Of a DNA stretch of 33,684 nt, positions 12,031-22,870 are shown piece by piece. The notes beneath the pieces are model-generated. The model ran no database searches. It worked only from the letters and a program-made list of their open reading frames with translations, and was not told where the DNA came from. This stretch comes from Asterionella formosa. Lineage: Eukaryota. The DNA is taken from contig NKIB01000316.1 in NCBI GenBank assembly GCA_002256025.1, positions 1-33,684 on the forward strand, read 5' to 3'. The first letter of the stretch is position 1. Every line of letters begins with the position of its first letter. The position numbers were made by a program, and so were the translations under genes.

Positions 12031-13390
12031 TTATTCCTTTGCTGTTGCTACTCGACTTCGCTTCTCTTCAGCTAGAAACATGCCTACAGATTTGAAAGAA
12101 ATTTTAATGCCTGAAGGATCCACAAGATCAGATGGTGGTTCGTCTTCAGGATTTGATGGTGCATAAACAAGATTCAACGATTGCAGCACAGGGTTCGGTG
12201 TGACCTTCTTTCTTTTGTTACCCTGTAAGAGGAGAACACCCATGGAATTTGGCGACGGTGCGAGATAGATTGAGTTTGGAGGTTGTGGGGGCTCAAATTG
12301 CCCCGCTCCCTTATTTGGTCGGCAAAAGGGATACTCCTAGGAATGATAGAAAGAGAATGGTGTTAGGTGCAGGTGGGAATGTACTTTAAATTTTGTGTTT
12401 ATTAAATATGGTCATGACACTCACTTGTTCCACAAAGCCCAATTGATTGTAAAATATTTTACTTGCTTGCACGTCTTGACAATTCAATGCAACAAACATA
12501 ATGGGATCCGGACTTATACCAACAATGCCCCGCATGGGCAGTCCACAAGGTGAAACCACATTGACAAGGCCATAGGCATCCAAAACGTTACCACCATTTT
12601 TCACCATTTGAGATATTCTGTATGTTGGAACGCCGACTGATGCGATCAATACACGACAAAAGGTGGTTAGAAACAAAAAAAAGAGGAAAAACTATACAGA
12701 TTGTCTCAACCACAAAAGAGAATAATGTCCGTACCTTGAAGGTAGGCAATGTTATCTCCTGGTGCATCTCCTCCTGTTCGATAATTCACAACAGACGTTT
12801 TGGTATCATACGAAACGTTGATGGATGCATGTCCACCATACGCCCCAAATGACGACACTGGAATTTCAAAATCTGAGGGAATACTAAGCTCTTCAGGTCC
12901 AAAACCGCACCACTGAAGTAGTGTATGACAGAACGAACAAGGGTTCAGTAATATTTTATTAGTAGAAGAGAGAAATAGTCTTTACCCAACAATCGCGCAC
13001 AGACGAAAGGCTTACCGTGTTTGTTACAGTCCCCTCTGTCACTTGGCGAAGTACTTTAAAATCAAACGAATTCAATAGAAAGGTAATCATATTCTCCAAT
13101 TGCGATTGATCTGCCACTGTGACAGTAAGTCCTTGAAGAATCACATTGGTGTCTTGCAACTCAGGGAGACTTCCGATAGCTGCATTGACACTCTCGGGTC
13201 GAATGAATGCCATGGATCCAACAATGGCAGCAGCTGCGCCATTTTCTACTAAGAATGACCGTCGCGTCGATGATTCAATCTTCTCGGCATTGAGTAAAAC
13301 ACACTCTCTCTTGGAGATGCCGCCATGGATCGAGAATGATGTAGCCCCCACTGCCAATACTATCAGGAGAAACGCCACCTGAAGATTCAT
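12031..13390 (-). CDS. Plastid-targeted (probably thylakoid lumen) glyoxalase/VOC-fold protein, ~356 aa; exons 13390-13016, 12912-12735, 12636-12425, 12336-12031
   Basis: Three GT-AG introns (GTAAGC, GTACGG, GTGAGT donors) give one continuous frame. The signal peptide ends at ATS|F and is followed by STRRSFL..hydrophobic..VNA. VOC-like segments are GLTVTVAD..ITFLLNSFDFKVLR and FVALNCQDVQASKIFYNQLGF. Confidence 0.8.
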
Positions 13391-14577
13391 TCTCACTCTA
13401 TTGTATAACAGCCCTGGCTTCTCGAAATCCCGTACGCGTCTTTGATTGACTTCCTCTGACAAACTTTCTAGGGAGTCTTGACGGGCTTTGAAATTTATGT
13501 GCTGGTGGTTTAAATCATAGCAGTTTTGATGGCGGATTTTTTGAATGGCCTGTCAATTATTTGCTGATGATCGAAGTACGCACACAGTCAGACTCAAAGT
13601 CCAAGAAGGCAGAAGCGAATTTTGTACAAGACAAATATTATTACCGGTATTAAACATGGATCCGCCAATCACAAAACATTGCCAGTCATGACGACCATGG
13701 TAGAATATACCTAGAGAACCTGGGACCTACCGTACCGGTAGGAGTCTGTTGGCTGCTGTTAACCATGTGCGTGTCCCGTAGTGGAACCTGGTACCAGGCA
13801 ACTGGTACAGGTGTAATTTAATTACGTGTATGAAGGAACTTTATCCGGAGTCAACTTCACCACATACAGTGTATGTTGCTGGGTAAAATGGAAGTTGAGG
13901 TAAACAAAGAAGGTGCCGGTCTTTTATGATACCAGGAAGACGAGCTATTTTCTCATTTACCGCAATCGCCATGTGTTTAATGCTACCTCGTACTGCGACC
14001 AACGCCAAGAATTAATAACGGTATCTACCAACTTGAGTTTATGCATATATACCGGTATGAGAATATGTACCGGTATTGATGTTACAACAATATCAATTCT
14101 AAAATGAAAGAGCAGTTTTCTATAAACATGAGATGTACCGCAAACCCAAGTTCCTCACAATTCTTCTTTAAATTTCAAACTGAAACTGAAATGGAAACTG
14201 AAACTTTGCAGGGTTTATATGAAATGAATGATCCTTCTAAGATTGGCAGGCCCAGCCACCCAGTAGGACAATTACTACCAAGGTGAGGTAGGGGTTCGAT
14301 ACTGCTGTCAAATGCCCTGAACTGTATCATGGACTCATAGGTAGGGATTAGGGCTGCAAAGGTAGCAGTCTCCTTCACTGCACCAAGTATGGCAGATCGG
14401 GATGTATAATGTCCCCCACCACCTAATGAAAATCCGGCATGTGACAACCAGGTAGTAGTAGAAAAAGGGACTGTCGGTACTACTACTAGAAACTGTGTAC
14501 TCCTTTATGGTATGTTCTGATGTTGTTGACATACCTTTCTTCGAAAGCAGCAGCAACTTCCTCCATCTTGATCAGAA

Positions 14578-14623
<46 letters not shown>

Positions 14624-14664
14624 GTGGGCGGGTGGGGGGNNNNNNNNNNCCCCCACCCCCCCCC
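14578..14664. other. Assembly gap (10 N at 14640-14649) flanked by poly-G and poly-C, probably a sequencing artefact
   Basis: A G45 run enters the gap from the left and C runs leave it on the right. This matches the no-signal G tails of two-colour sequencing reads. Confidence 0.85.
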
Positions 14665-15047
14665 ATGAACAGAAATGCATTCACTGAATGGTTCATTGCT
14701 AGCAACATTATCTAGTTGCAGATCAGAATTACAATTCTTTATCAGTAGTAGTACTAGAGCATCAACCAAGCCGTTGGCAGGAAGGACCGGTAGCGCATGT
14801 TTTCTGAGCACCTTTCATTTCGACACACTCCCAATGGATTGTCTCATGCTTGCCGGATGACATAGGCTGGCTATTCATTCCAAACCCTCTTAAGTAGCTT
14901 TCTTCAATGTTAAATTATAGTAATTCATTAAATCCAAGTCGTGTTCTGATCATCGAAATCTTGTTCACTACTAAAACTGGTAATGGTATTCAGCAACTGG
15001 ATGACGGTTTGCTAAGCAATGGAATTCACCAATCAACAAAATCAGTA

Positions 15048-15135
15048 ACTTCTAGTCATACTAGTCAGCACCTTCAAATCATAGTCAGCAGTTTCTAGTC
15101 ATAGTCAGCAAATTCTTGTTGCTGTCAGCAAATAC
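15048..15135. repeat. Array of TAGTCA(GCA) motifs
   Basis: Repeated ctagtca/tagtcagca/gtcagcaaat. It shares the TAGTCA core with the 4320-4472 array. Confidence 0.55.
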
Positions 15136-15347
15136 TAACTGGCTTCGAGTTTCATTCATAGGACTCCAAAACTGATAATGCAACTGCTGCAATTTACAAA
15201 AAGCTTTGATGTTCCGCTTCTATATCAAGATTGTCAATGACATCCCAACTGTCAGGTTCTTCCGGTCGATTTGTCATTGTGGTCGTTGCAATAATGATAA
15301 TGGTCAGACACATTGAATAAAATTGAAGCGCACATTTCAAATATTTT

Positions 15348-15815
15348 TGCTGAGTCTGATGCACATGTTTGCAGAGACATAAAGAAAACGGCGAACTGTT
15401 ATGCCGATACAGAGATATATTTGTTAAGGAAATACATTTGACCAGTTGTCTATGGTGGCAATCATGATGACAATGAGAAACCACAGTCATGTGGACTTTG
15501 CTTCGTAAATAAAGGCCCTCAGGGAGTATCGAGACGCTCCTTGACATCGATATCTGATCTTAAGATATGCTCGGAAAGGCAGAGACAGCATGAACACAGC
15601 CAAGCTCGTGCGAGAACTGGACCAGCTGGTGCCGCAGGACACAAACAAAAATCCCGAAAAGAACGTTTAATTGCTCACTTGGTTCCAATGAATCGAGATT
15701 TTAATGATATGCTACAGAAGCAAATTGATGTGAAATATATTTCTGTAAAGATTCATTTTTTTCTGAAGATACAAGAAAAAATAATTTGTATCTTTGTTAA
15801 GATTGGCCCTTATTC
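15348..15815 (+). repeat. Dispersed repeat, long copy (related to 32572-32732)
   Basis: 15348-15424 aligns with 32572-32645 (tgctgagtctg.tgcacatgtttgcagaga...). 15729-15815 aligns with 32644-32732 (tcatttttttctgaa...tgttaagat). Confidence 0.8.
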
Positions 15816-16426
15816 TGGCTTTCATATGAACAAAAGCAGGAATTTTTATGTCGAAAAATTCGATGTGCCCCCTATTGCCCTTAAATAATGATTACTTAAA
15901 GCCTAAAAATTACTTTAAAGTACCCGAGTAGCAAGACGACAGCTGGAGCGGGAATTACTACAAGGTACCGGTATTCCATTTACGCATCCCGCATGGGTAT
16001 ATTTTCCTGAACTGAACTTTTTGTTCCATGGAATTCCTCATGACTTTCGGTCGTGGTACTACTGCTGTTTGCTAACATTGCAATGATACATCGAAGGTTC
16101 GGCAATCGAGATATTTAGCTTTATCTTTTCTTCAGGAAAAACCATGTTTTACCGGACCTGCCTTGCTACCTGGTACCGTACCTACCGGGTAGTCGTTTAT
16201 CCTCAAAATGAATCTACAGAATGTACAATCCAGGATCAACATAATGATATCCAATAAAGCTTCAGCATTCATAAATTCATGGTGGCAACCCATTGCTACT
16301 ACATAACCCTCATAATCGGTTGTCTTGCTCGATCATCCATCTAACTACCATCAATCATCATACCTATACTCGCATTTTATCACTCTAGTAATACTCGTCG
16401 TCCTTGTTGTTACAATCCCCATTAGA

Positions 16427-18015
16427 ATGGCAAAGGAAACGGATCCACTTGTCCCTATCAAAACATCGAATGAATCAACAAATGTAGCGCCGCTTGCGAC
16501 TCGACTTCGTGATGTTGTTAGAATGTATTGGCATTTGGGACTGATTGCCTTTGGTGGTCCTTCCGCACATGTTGCTATCCTTCGAGATCATTTATGCATT
16601 CGGAATCATTGGATGGATGAAGATGCCTTTATGGAACTATTTGCTCTGTGTGTTGGATTGCCAGGACCTACATCCACTCAACTTGTCATTTCAACAGCTG
16701 TCACGCATGCAGGACCGTTGGGAGGGATGATTGCCTATGTATTTTGGAATTTACCAGGTGAGAGTTCTGTTGTTGTTTATATATGCATCAATCTTTCATG
16801 AGAACGGAACATGCGCTTCCCCTGTCACATTTCTAACACAACTACTACGACTACTACTACAATAGGATTCCTTGTTTTGACTCTATCTGGACTCTTTTTA
16901 TATTCCTTCATTGATCCTTCCAACCCACCCATTTGGTTGATTGGAGTTCCAGCTGCTGCCATTAGTTTGATTTTTAAAGCTTTTTATGGCTTTGGACAAA
17001 AATTAGATCATGTGGGAATTGGACTTGCCATGATCTCATGTACTGTGGCTATTATGATTAATGGAGATGAGCATATACCTAAAACATCCAGTCAATTTGT
17101 ATATCCCATACTATTGGTATTGGGTGGAACGAGTACGTTGTTGGATTTTTCACTTGGAAATGGCAAAAGTTTTGGAGACTATGTCAGATCAGGGGTTTGT
17201 GATCCAACGGTATGTTGTTGTTATTATTATCTTAAATTTATTGGTTCTCTTGACAATCAATGTTGAACGTTTTTGTCCAGCATTGTTCCATTATCAACTA
17301 ACCCATTTTCCCAACAACTACGGTTTCATGTTTTATTTACCAGGAAGCGGACCGCATACTTCAAGAAAAGATTGGCATGCCACTTTGGGTGGGAGGTATG
17401 ACCTTTTGCTTTTGGCTCTTCCTGTTTGTTGGTAGCATCACACTTGTCAATATCGGATACGACAATGAATACCTCAAAATCTTTGAAGTCATGTTTCGTA
17501 TTGGATCTCTCATTTTCGGTGGAGGCGAAGTGGCAGTTCCCATGCTTCAAACTGAAGTCGTGCCACTTGGATGGGTGACGGATGAACAATTCTTTCAAGG
17601 ACTTGGTTTGGCACAGTCCCTACCTGGACCATTGTTTAACTTTAGTTCCTTTTTGGGTGCCACCTACAAGGGCGTCCTTGGAGCCATTGTTGCAGAATTA
17701 GGGCTATTCGGACCTGGGTACATTCTCATCTTTGCCATGGTACCGTTTTGGGGTAAGGTTCGACATTCGGACAAATTCAAAGCCATTTTGAAGGGAGTCA
17801 ATGCAGCTGCGATTGGACTGATTGGGAGTGGATGTGTCTTTTTGTATGCTCGTGCCGTCAAGACAGCGGCCGATGCCATGGTGTTTGTTCTTGCTGGTGG
17901 ATTGGCATGTTTCTATTCGGCACCAGCACCATTGGTGATTTTCTTTGGTGCCGTCTTTGGAAGTCTCTTCTCTCCAGGCATGCTTAATGTTGGACAAGTC
18001 AAGTATCACAACTAG
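16427..18015 (+). CDS. chrA: Chromate ion transporter (CHR family, long-chain bidomain), ~448 aa; exons 16427-16757, 16866-17209, 17344-18015
   Basis: Duplicated CHR motifs GLIAFGGPSAH..LPGPTSTQ and GSLIFGGG..AQSLPGPLFNFSSFLG, plus GVNAAAIGLI. GT-AG introns 16758-16865 and 17210-17343 keep the frame. Confidence 0.93.
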
Positions 18016-18230
18016 CTTATAGAAAAATGGAAGGCGTTGATGGAAGTACCACCACATATTCTTGATCTCCTATAATTATAAGCCGACTACCGGTAGTAAA
18101 TAGATGGGCTGTAGCCATCAAGCAAAAGACAATTAAATGCAATTGTGACTTGTCCGCCATTTACATATTTTGTTGTGTTGATAATCATACTAGTCTTTTT
18201 GCACAATGTGTATAGCATTTATAAACAGAC

Positions 18231-19997
18231 CTAAAGAGAGGTGATTTTCTTCTTCTTTTCGAAAATAAGCACATAACTTTCCGAAATACCAATCAATTGT
18301 GGCATGGTTTCTTCCACATGCAAGTCTTGCATAACATACCATTGCCCTGTTCCTTTGTGTTGAACATGACATTTATAACTTCCTTCTTGAAGAGGGTCAA
18401 CCTTTCCCTCTCTACCCACGTCAGCTGGACTGTCATGAGTAATGTTCGCTACCAAATCATACTTATTTTCCAAAACGTCCGGTAGTGATGTGGTAATGAA
18501 GTCCAATATCACTCGAACCAAGTCAGATTTTTCTACAATGGATGTAGCCAAATCACTTTGTCCATAATTGTCAAGAACCGCCTTAAGTTCTTTGATTGAC
18601 ATAGCTTTGACTTGTTCTGCAGTGGGAGGCGGTTCCTTCTGGTACAAATATTTACTCAAATCCAGATTTTTGAGTGGAAAGGCAACAATGGTTGGGTTCT
18701 TCTCTTTCGAATATTGATTGGTAGTGAATCGATTCAAATGCAATATCAAGTATTGTGGAAGTTCCAACAATCGATATCGTTTTTGTTGATGCATTGTCGT
18801 ACTTTTATTCTTGGACAAGGCATCAGAAAATGAAATGCCGTCAAATTTTTTCAAGACATTCACCAATGGTTCTTGAGGTATGACAAGCCCCCCTTCGTCA
18901 TCACGGAATAATGGTTTTTCTGGAATGTCCAGTGTCAATTGAAGAAAGGTGGTGTCGATGGTTGTTTCTTCCATTTGAAATGTCGGTTGCTCTGCATGAT
19001 CATCCTTGTTGTTGAGTTCGTTTTCCTGTTCCTCCTCCTCCTCATCACTTCCAGCACGATCATCCCCCATGTTCATATTACTTTGATTCGTTTTGAGTTG
19101 CATCTTTTTTTGTCGTGTCGTCACTTGAACCTTGCCTTGAAAGATGGTATGAATGACACTGGTTGATTTATTAGCATGACGCCCCCGCTTCCGATGCCGA
19201 CCACCACCACAAAGTCCTATATGCAATTGATCCAACAACCAAACCATAAATTCTCCTGCTTCCGCTTGTTGTCCAATTTGGAACCGTTTGTTCGAAGCCA
19301 CAGAAATGGTTTGCATCAAGATATGTGGATCGACATGTGATTTGAAGCGTTGATCCGACCATAGCTTCCGTACCAATTCTCCAAAGGCCATGACCAATGG
19401 TGTTGTTGTTGTTGTACTACCGGTATAATTTCTTAAGAAATAATCCCGTAGAGGTGGTACATGAGCCAATGCTTGGACAGTGGCATTGATGCAGTCCGTT
19501 TTATTCAAATTGTTCAGCCCCACAAAGCCGGGTAGGTATCGACGTCCAAACAAATCTCTTGTCAAATCCCGTTTGATGTCCATGTCTCTGATATCGGCCT
19601 CTGTAAAGGTAGGATGCAACGCCGCTGAAATGTCTCGCAAGGACGGATCGTGGATCTCATAGTCATCTGGCAAGCAATGGAATGTTCCGTTTCGCAAATG
19701 AATGTAAATGTAATGCCCCTCTTGCACTGAATGTGTGTAGGCCGGAGTTGACGTCCCACGTCCTCGAAAGAACTTGCCGCATACCAAGCAGCCATACACG
19801 TGCGGACCTGATTCCATTGAAACAGAGCAAGAGGGTTCGAAATCAAAATCAAGGAAGGATCGATTGATGGTATCCAAATATGGACATGATTGTTGCTGCT
19901 GATGATCGTTTTCTGCCTTCCTCTTGTTGTTGTTGCTGCTGTTGCTGCTTCTATTGAAGTAGCTGTTGCTGGTGTTGTCGGCGCGAGTAGAGGGCAT
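18231..19997 (-). CDS. USP39: U4/U6.U5 tri-snRNP-associated protein 2 (USP39/Sad1 pseudo-deubiquitinase), ~588 aa, intronless
   Basis: ZnF-UBP motif CPYLDTINRSFLDFDFEPSCS..CLVCGKFFRGRG..HCLPDDYEI. Also YLPGFVGLNN with Asp at the catalytic Cys position, EKNPTIVAFP, YDLVANITH, GSY in place of GHY, and QDLHVEETMPQLI. Confidence 0.96.
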   Translation of the reverse strand: MPSTRADNTSNSYFNRSSNSSNNNKRKAENDHQQQQSCPYLDTINRSFLDFDFEPSCSVSMESGPHVYGCLVCGKFFRGRGTSTPAYTHSVQEGHYIYIHLRNGTFHCLPDDYEIHDPSLRDISAALHPTFTEADIRDMDIKRDLTRDLFGRRYLPGFVGLNNLNKTDCINATVQALAHVPPLRDYFLRNYTGSTTTTTPLVMAFGELVRKLWSDQRFKSHVDPHILMQTISVASNKRFQIGQQAEAGEFMVWLLDQLHIGLCGGGRHRKRGRHANKSTSVIHTIFQGKVQVTTRQKKMQLKTNQSNMNMGDDRAGSDEEEEEQENELNNKDDHAEQPTFQMEETTIDTTFLQLTLDIPEKPLFRDDEGGLVIPQEPLVNVLKKFDGISFSDALSKNKSTTMHQQKRYRLLELPQYLILHLNRFTTNQYSKEKNPTIVAFPLKNLDLSKYLYQKEPPPTAEQVKAMSIKELKAVLDNYGQSDLATSIVEKSDLVRVILDFITTSLPDVLENKYDLVANITHDSPADVGREGKVDPLQEGSYKCHVQHKGTGQWYVMQDLHVEETMPQLIGISESYVLIFEKKKKITSL

Positions 19998-20561
19998 GAT
20001 CAATTAAGTCGAGATGTTAGCTTTGTTGCCGGTTTTGTTAGATACAACTGGACTGAAATTAGGATCGTTGAACAGTCATCAGCATGTCATTAGAATAATA
20101 ATTCTAACAATTGAACGAATACCGGTAATCAGACAGTGCATTTCATAATGTTGTTGGAATTGATATACAGAATTTTTTTTTTTAATACCGGGGTCTACAT
20201 AACGGTATTCTACCAACCGGCATACTGATGATTTTAGAATGGAAAAAGGAATCCAGAATCCAGTCAACCTAACGAACGCACAGTGCGTGGTACCGGTATT
20301 TAATTGTCAAATACTGATGAATGACTGTGTGTCGGTAAACTATATTTGTTTGTATGATGCACGCTGAACAGAGTATCATTTCGTTGTGAAGTTACCTACC
20401 ACCAGTACTGTAACATATGTCTCAGTACCCTTTATACCAATAGTAAAAGTATGTGCCGGTGTACCGGTAGGTACCTGGTACAAATGATCCCACCGCCGTA
20501 CAACTACCGGTATATAGCATTCATTCACGACATATTTCCTATATCATTACATTTATGAGCG

Positions 20562-21773
20562 ATGTTAACGACTAATACTGGTACCGGTATTCATCGACCG
20601 GCATTGCTATTACCGGTAGGACAGATTCTTCTGCTATTCTTGGCACATAGTCATCATTCGTCGCACTTTCATGTACACGTTGAAGCATTGCCATTGAATC
20701 GACATGAACATCAGCATGATGGTATCCTTCCTTGTCAATGGGGCAAGAAAAGAACTACTGGATCAACTTTCTTGCCTTTTTCGAAAACAAACCCTAGCCA
20801 GGATGAGCCTTTGGAAGAAAAAGATTCGGAGATTCAAATCAAGTCCAAGATTCGAAGAACCATGATTCTTTCAACAGTACCGGTAACTGCGTCATCTATA
20901 GTAGCCGTGACTACCGGCAATAATCCCCATCCTTCCCAAGCAGTGACTACAACAACAATCACCGACACTCATCCTCCATTTCCCAACATTGATTGTTTAT
21001 TAGATTTGCCTCCACAATCCCCCAATTCAGTTCGTATTTACCTTTGTCGCCATGGACAAACAGAAAACAATCGTCTTCATTTAGTGCAAGGGGCACGTTT
21101 GGATCCACCCATGAATGGTGTGGGAGAACAAATGGCACTCCGAATGGGGATGGTATTGAATCAATTGCATGTAGTTCCAACTATTTGGGCACATTCGTCA
21201 TTGCAACGAGCCAAACAAACGGCAATGCTGGCAGCTAGTTGTTGTGTCAGTCCCAACAACAATGCAAACAAGATGCAACAACATCTTCCGACATTGCCAT
21301 CATTGGGAGAAATTGATTTTGGACCGCAAGTTGAAGGAAAGGCAGTGTCACCTGATATACTACAAACTTATGCTGCCTGGGCAGTAGGTTCGATGGACGC
21401 ACATTTGCCTGAAGGAGAATCGGCACAACAAGTATTGCAACGTGGTGCAATGGCATTGGAAGAACTCCTCCAATTGGCTCGACAATATCAATGTACTAGC
21501 CTCGTAGCAGTGTCGCATTCCATGTATTTGAGAATGCTATTGGCAATGGTAATGGACGTACCATTGGTGCAAGTCCCGCGGCATTTGGAAAATGGATGTA
21601 TCAATGTACTTGATTTGGATGGAACGTATCGTATCATGGGACCCAAAAGTATGGTATTGGGAGGACCAGCACTCTCCCAAGCTCCAGCCTCATTTCAATT
21701 GAAAATACCCACAGCAACTGTAGTGAGGATCAATGAGCATCGTCATTTGGAGGGACTCTTGGAGAATCAATGA
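20562..21773 (+). CDS. Histidine phosphatase / phosphoglycerate mutase family protein with an N-terminal targeting extension
   Basis: Motifs IYLCRHGQT, SSLQRAKQTA, LGEIDFG, PEGES and VAVSHS. An N-terminal hydrophobic stretch is followed by RRTMIL..SQA. The exact start is uncertain. Confidence 0.9.
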   Translation: MLTTNTGTGIHRPALLLPVGQILLLFLAHSHHSSHFHVHVEALPLNRHEHQHDGILPCQWGKKRTTGSTFLPFSKTNPSQDEPLEEKDSEIQIKSKIRRTMILSTVPVTASSIVAVTTGNNPHPSQAVTTTTITDTHPPFPNIDCLLDLPPQSPNSVRIYLCRHGQTENNRLHLVQGARLDPPMNGVGEQMALRMGMVLNQLHVVPTIWAHSSLQRAKQTAMLAASCCVSPNNNANKMQQHLPTLPSLGEIDFGPQVEGKAVSPDILQTYAAWAVGSMDAHLPEGESAQQVLQRGAMALEELLQLARQYQCTSLVAVSHSMYLRMLLAMVMDVPLVQVPRHLENGCINVLDLDGTYRIMGPKSMVLGGPALSQAPASFQLKIPTATVVRINEHRHLEGLLENQ

Positions 21774-21930
21774 ATAGTTGCCATTTATTTGGTCGGTTCC
21801 CTAAATTGTTACATCCTACCGGTTTATGCTTTGATGAATATCAAGTGTATCCAGAGTATAAGTAGTAGTATCCTTATTTTGATTGGGTCTACGGTATGAT
21901 ATATACAGCACAATTGTTGTATTTTGTTTA

Positions 21931-22683
21931 TTACAAAACAAGATTCGGAAATTCTTGTTGCAATAATTGATGAACCCACATGCCAACTATATTCTTCTCC
22001 GTGGACCGATAATGACCATAATGCGCATGTAGACATTTAATCGATGGAATAATGATGGACGAGGATGGAGTATTGTTTGGTAAAGTGCTCCTGACAAAAT
22101 TTGCACCAGCAATCCCTGACTCGCCTACCATGTGTCTCATGCGACCAATGGTAGAACATAATGTTGCATCATCAATGTCATTATTATTCAATAATAACCA
22201 ATCTTGGTCTGTTTTGGTTAAACTATCCCATCGATCATTTGCATAGTCAACATGATTGTTATAAAACTGTTGAGTATACTCCAGATTATTGTTCAATTGT
22301 TCTTCCAACAATGCAACATGCCCACGTCGTTCTAATTCTGCTATAGCTTTGGAAATATCTGGATGTGTCAACCAAAATAAGGTTGGAAATGGTTGTTTCT
22401 GAGTACTACAACCAATTTTTGTTGTTGTTGTGGACGATGATGATATCAGTGGATACGTTTGAATGGCAATTGGTTCTCCGTTTCTTGTTTTGGCAGATAT
22501 AGAATGAAAATTCAATGGTACATATCCAAGTTGTTGTTTAACCACTTGAGCGTCCTCTTGTGCAGTGAAATGATGTTGTTGTTGCTGTTGTTGTTTTGTC
22601 CATCCAAAGCTTGATGGTTGGAATAGGAGGAGAATGATGCTACCAAATATAAATGAAACCTGTAAACTCGACGGCTTCATCAT
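21931..22683 (-). CDS. DUF501 family protein with N-terminal signal peptide
   Basis: DUF501 hallmarks QLG, PFPTLFWLTHP, IAELE, GIAG and IKCLHAHYGHY. Confidence 0.85.
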   Translation of the reverse strand: MMKPSSLQVSFIFGSIILLLFQPSSFGWTKQQQQQQHHFTAQEDAQVVKQQLGYVPLNFHSISAKTRNGEPIAIQTYPLISSSSTTTTKIGCSTQKQPFPTLFWLTHPDISKAIAELERRGHVALLEEQLNNNLEYTQQFYNNHVDYANDRWDSLTKTDQDWLLLNNNDIDDATLCSTIGRMRHMVGESGIAGANFVRSTLPNNTPSSSIIIPSIKCLHAHYGHYRSTEKNIVGMWVHQLLQQEFPNLVL

Positions 22684-22768
22684 CTCTCGTTTCCTTGACT
22701 GACTTTGTTTTTATTTTTGTGATGAAAAGGAAGGATAAAATTCAAGACTAAGTCTAGTCTAGCATCTG

Positions 22769-22870
22769 GTACCAGCAAGTTGCGGTAATTTTGCTAAAAC
22801 TAAAACTTTAGCTATCTTCATCCCAGATTATAATGTTAGTCAAAGCAAAATGACCGCAACTTGCAGGTAC
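22769..22870. mobile_element. 102-bp MITE-like element with 27-bp terminal inverted repeats
   Basis: GTACCAGCAAGTTGCGGTAATTTTGCT (22769-22795) matches the reverse complement of 22844-22870 at 25/27 positions. Further copies of the terminus lie at 4590 and 4687. Confidence 0.75.

Noticed and set aside
14486..14811. Poly-proline ORFs and an apparent G-quadruplex
   Set aside because: They derive from poly-G/poly-C abutting an N gap, most likely a sequencing or assembly artefact. Adjacency across the gap is also not guaranteed.
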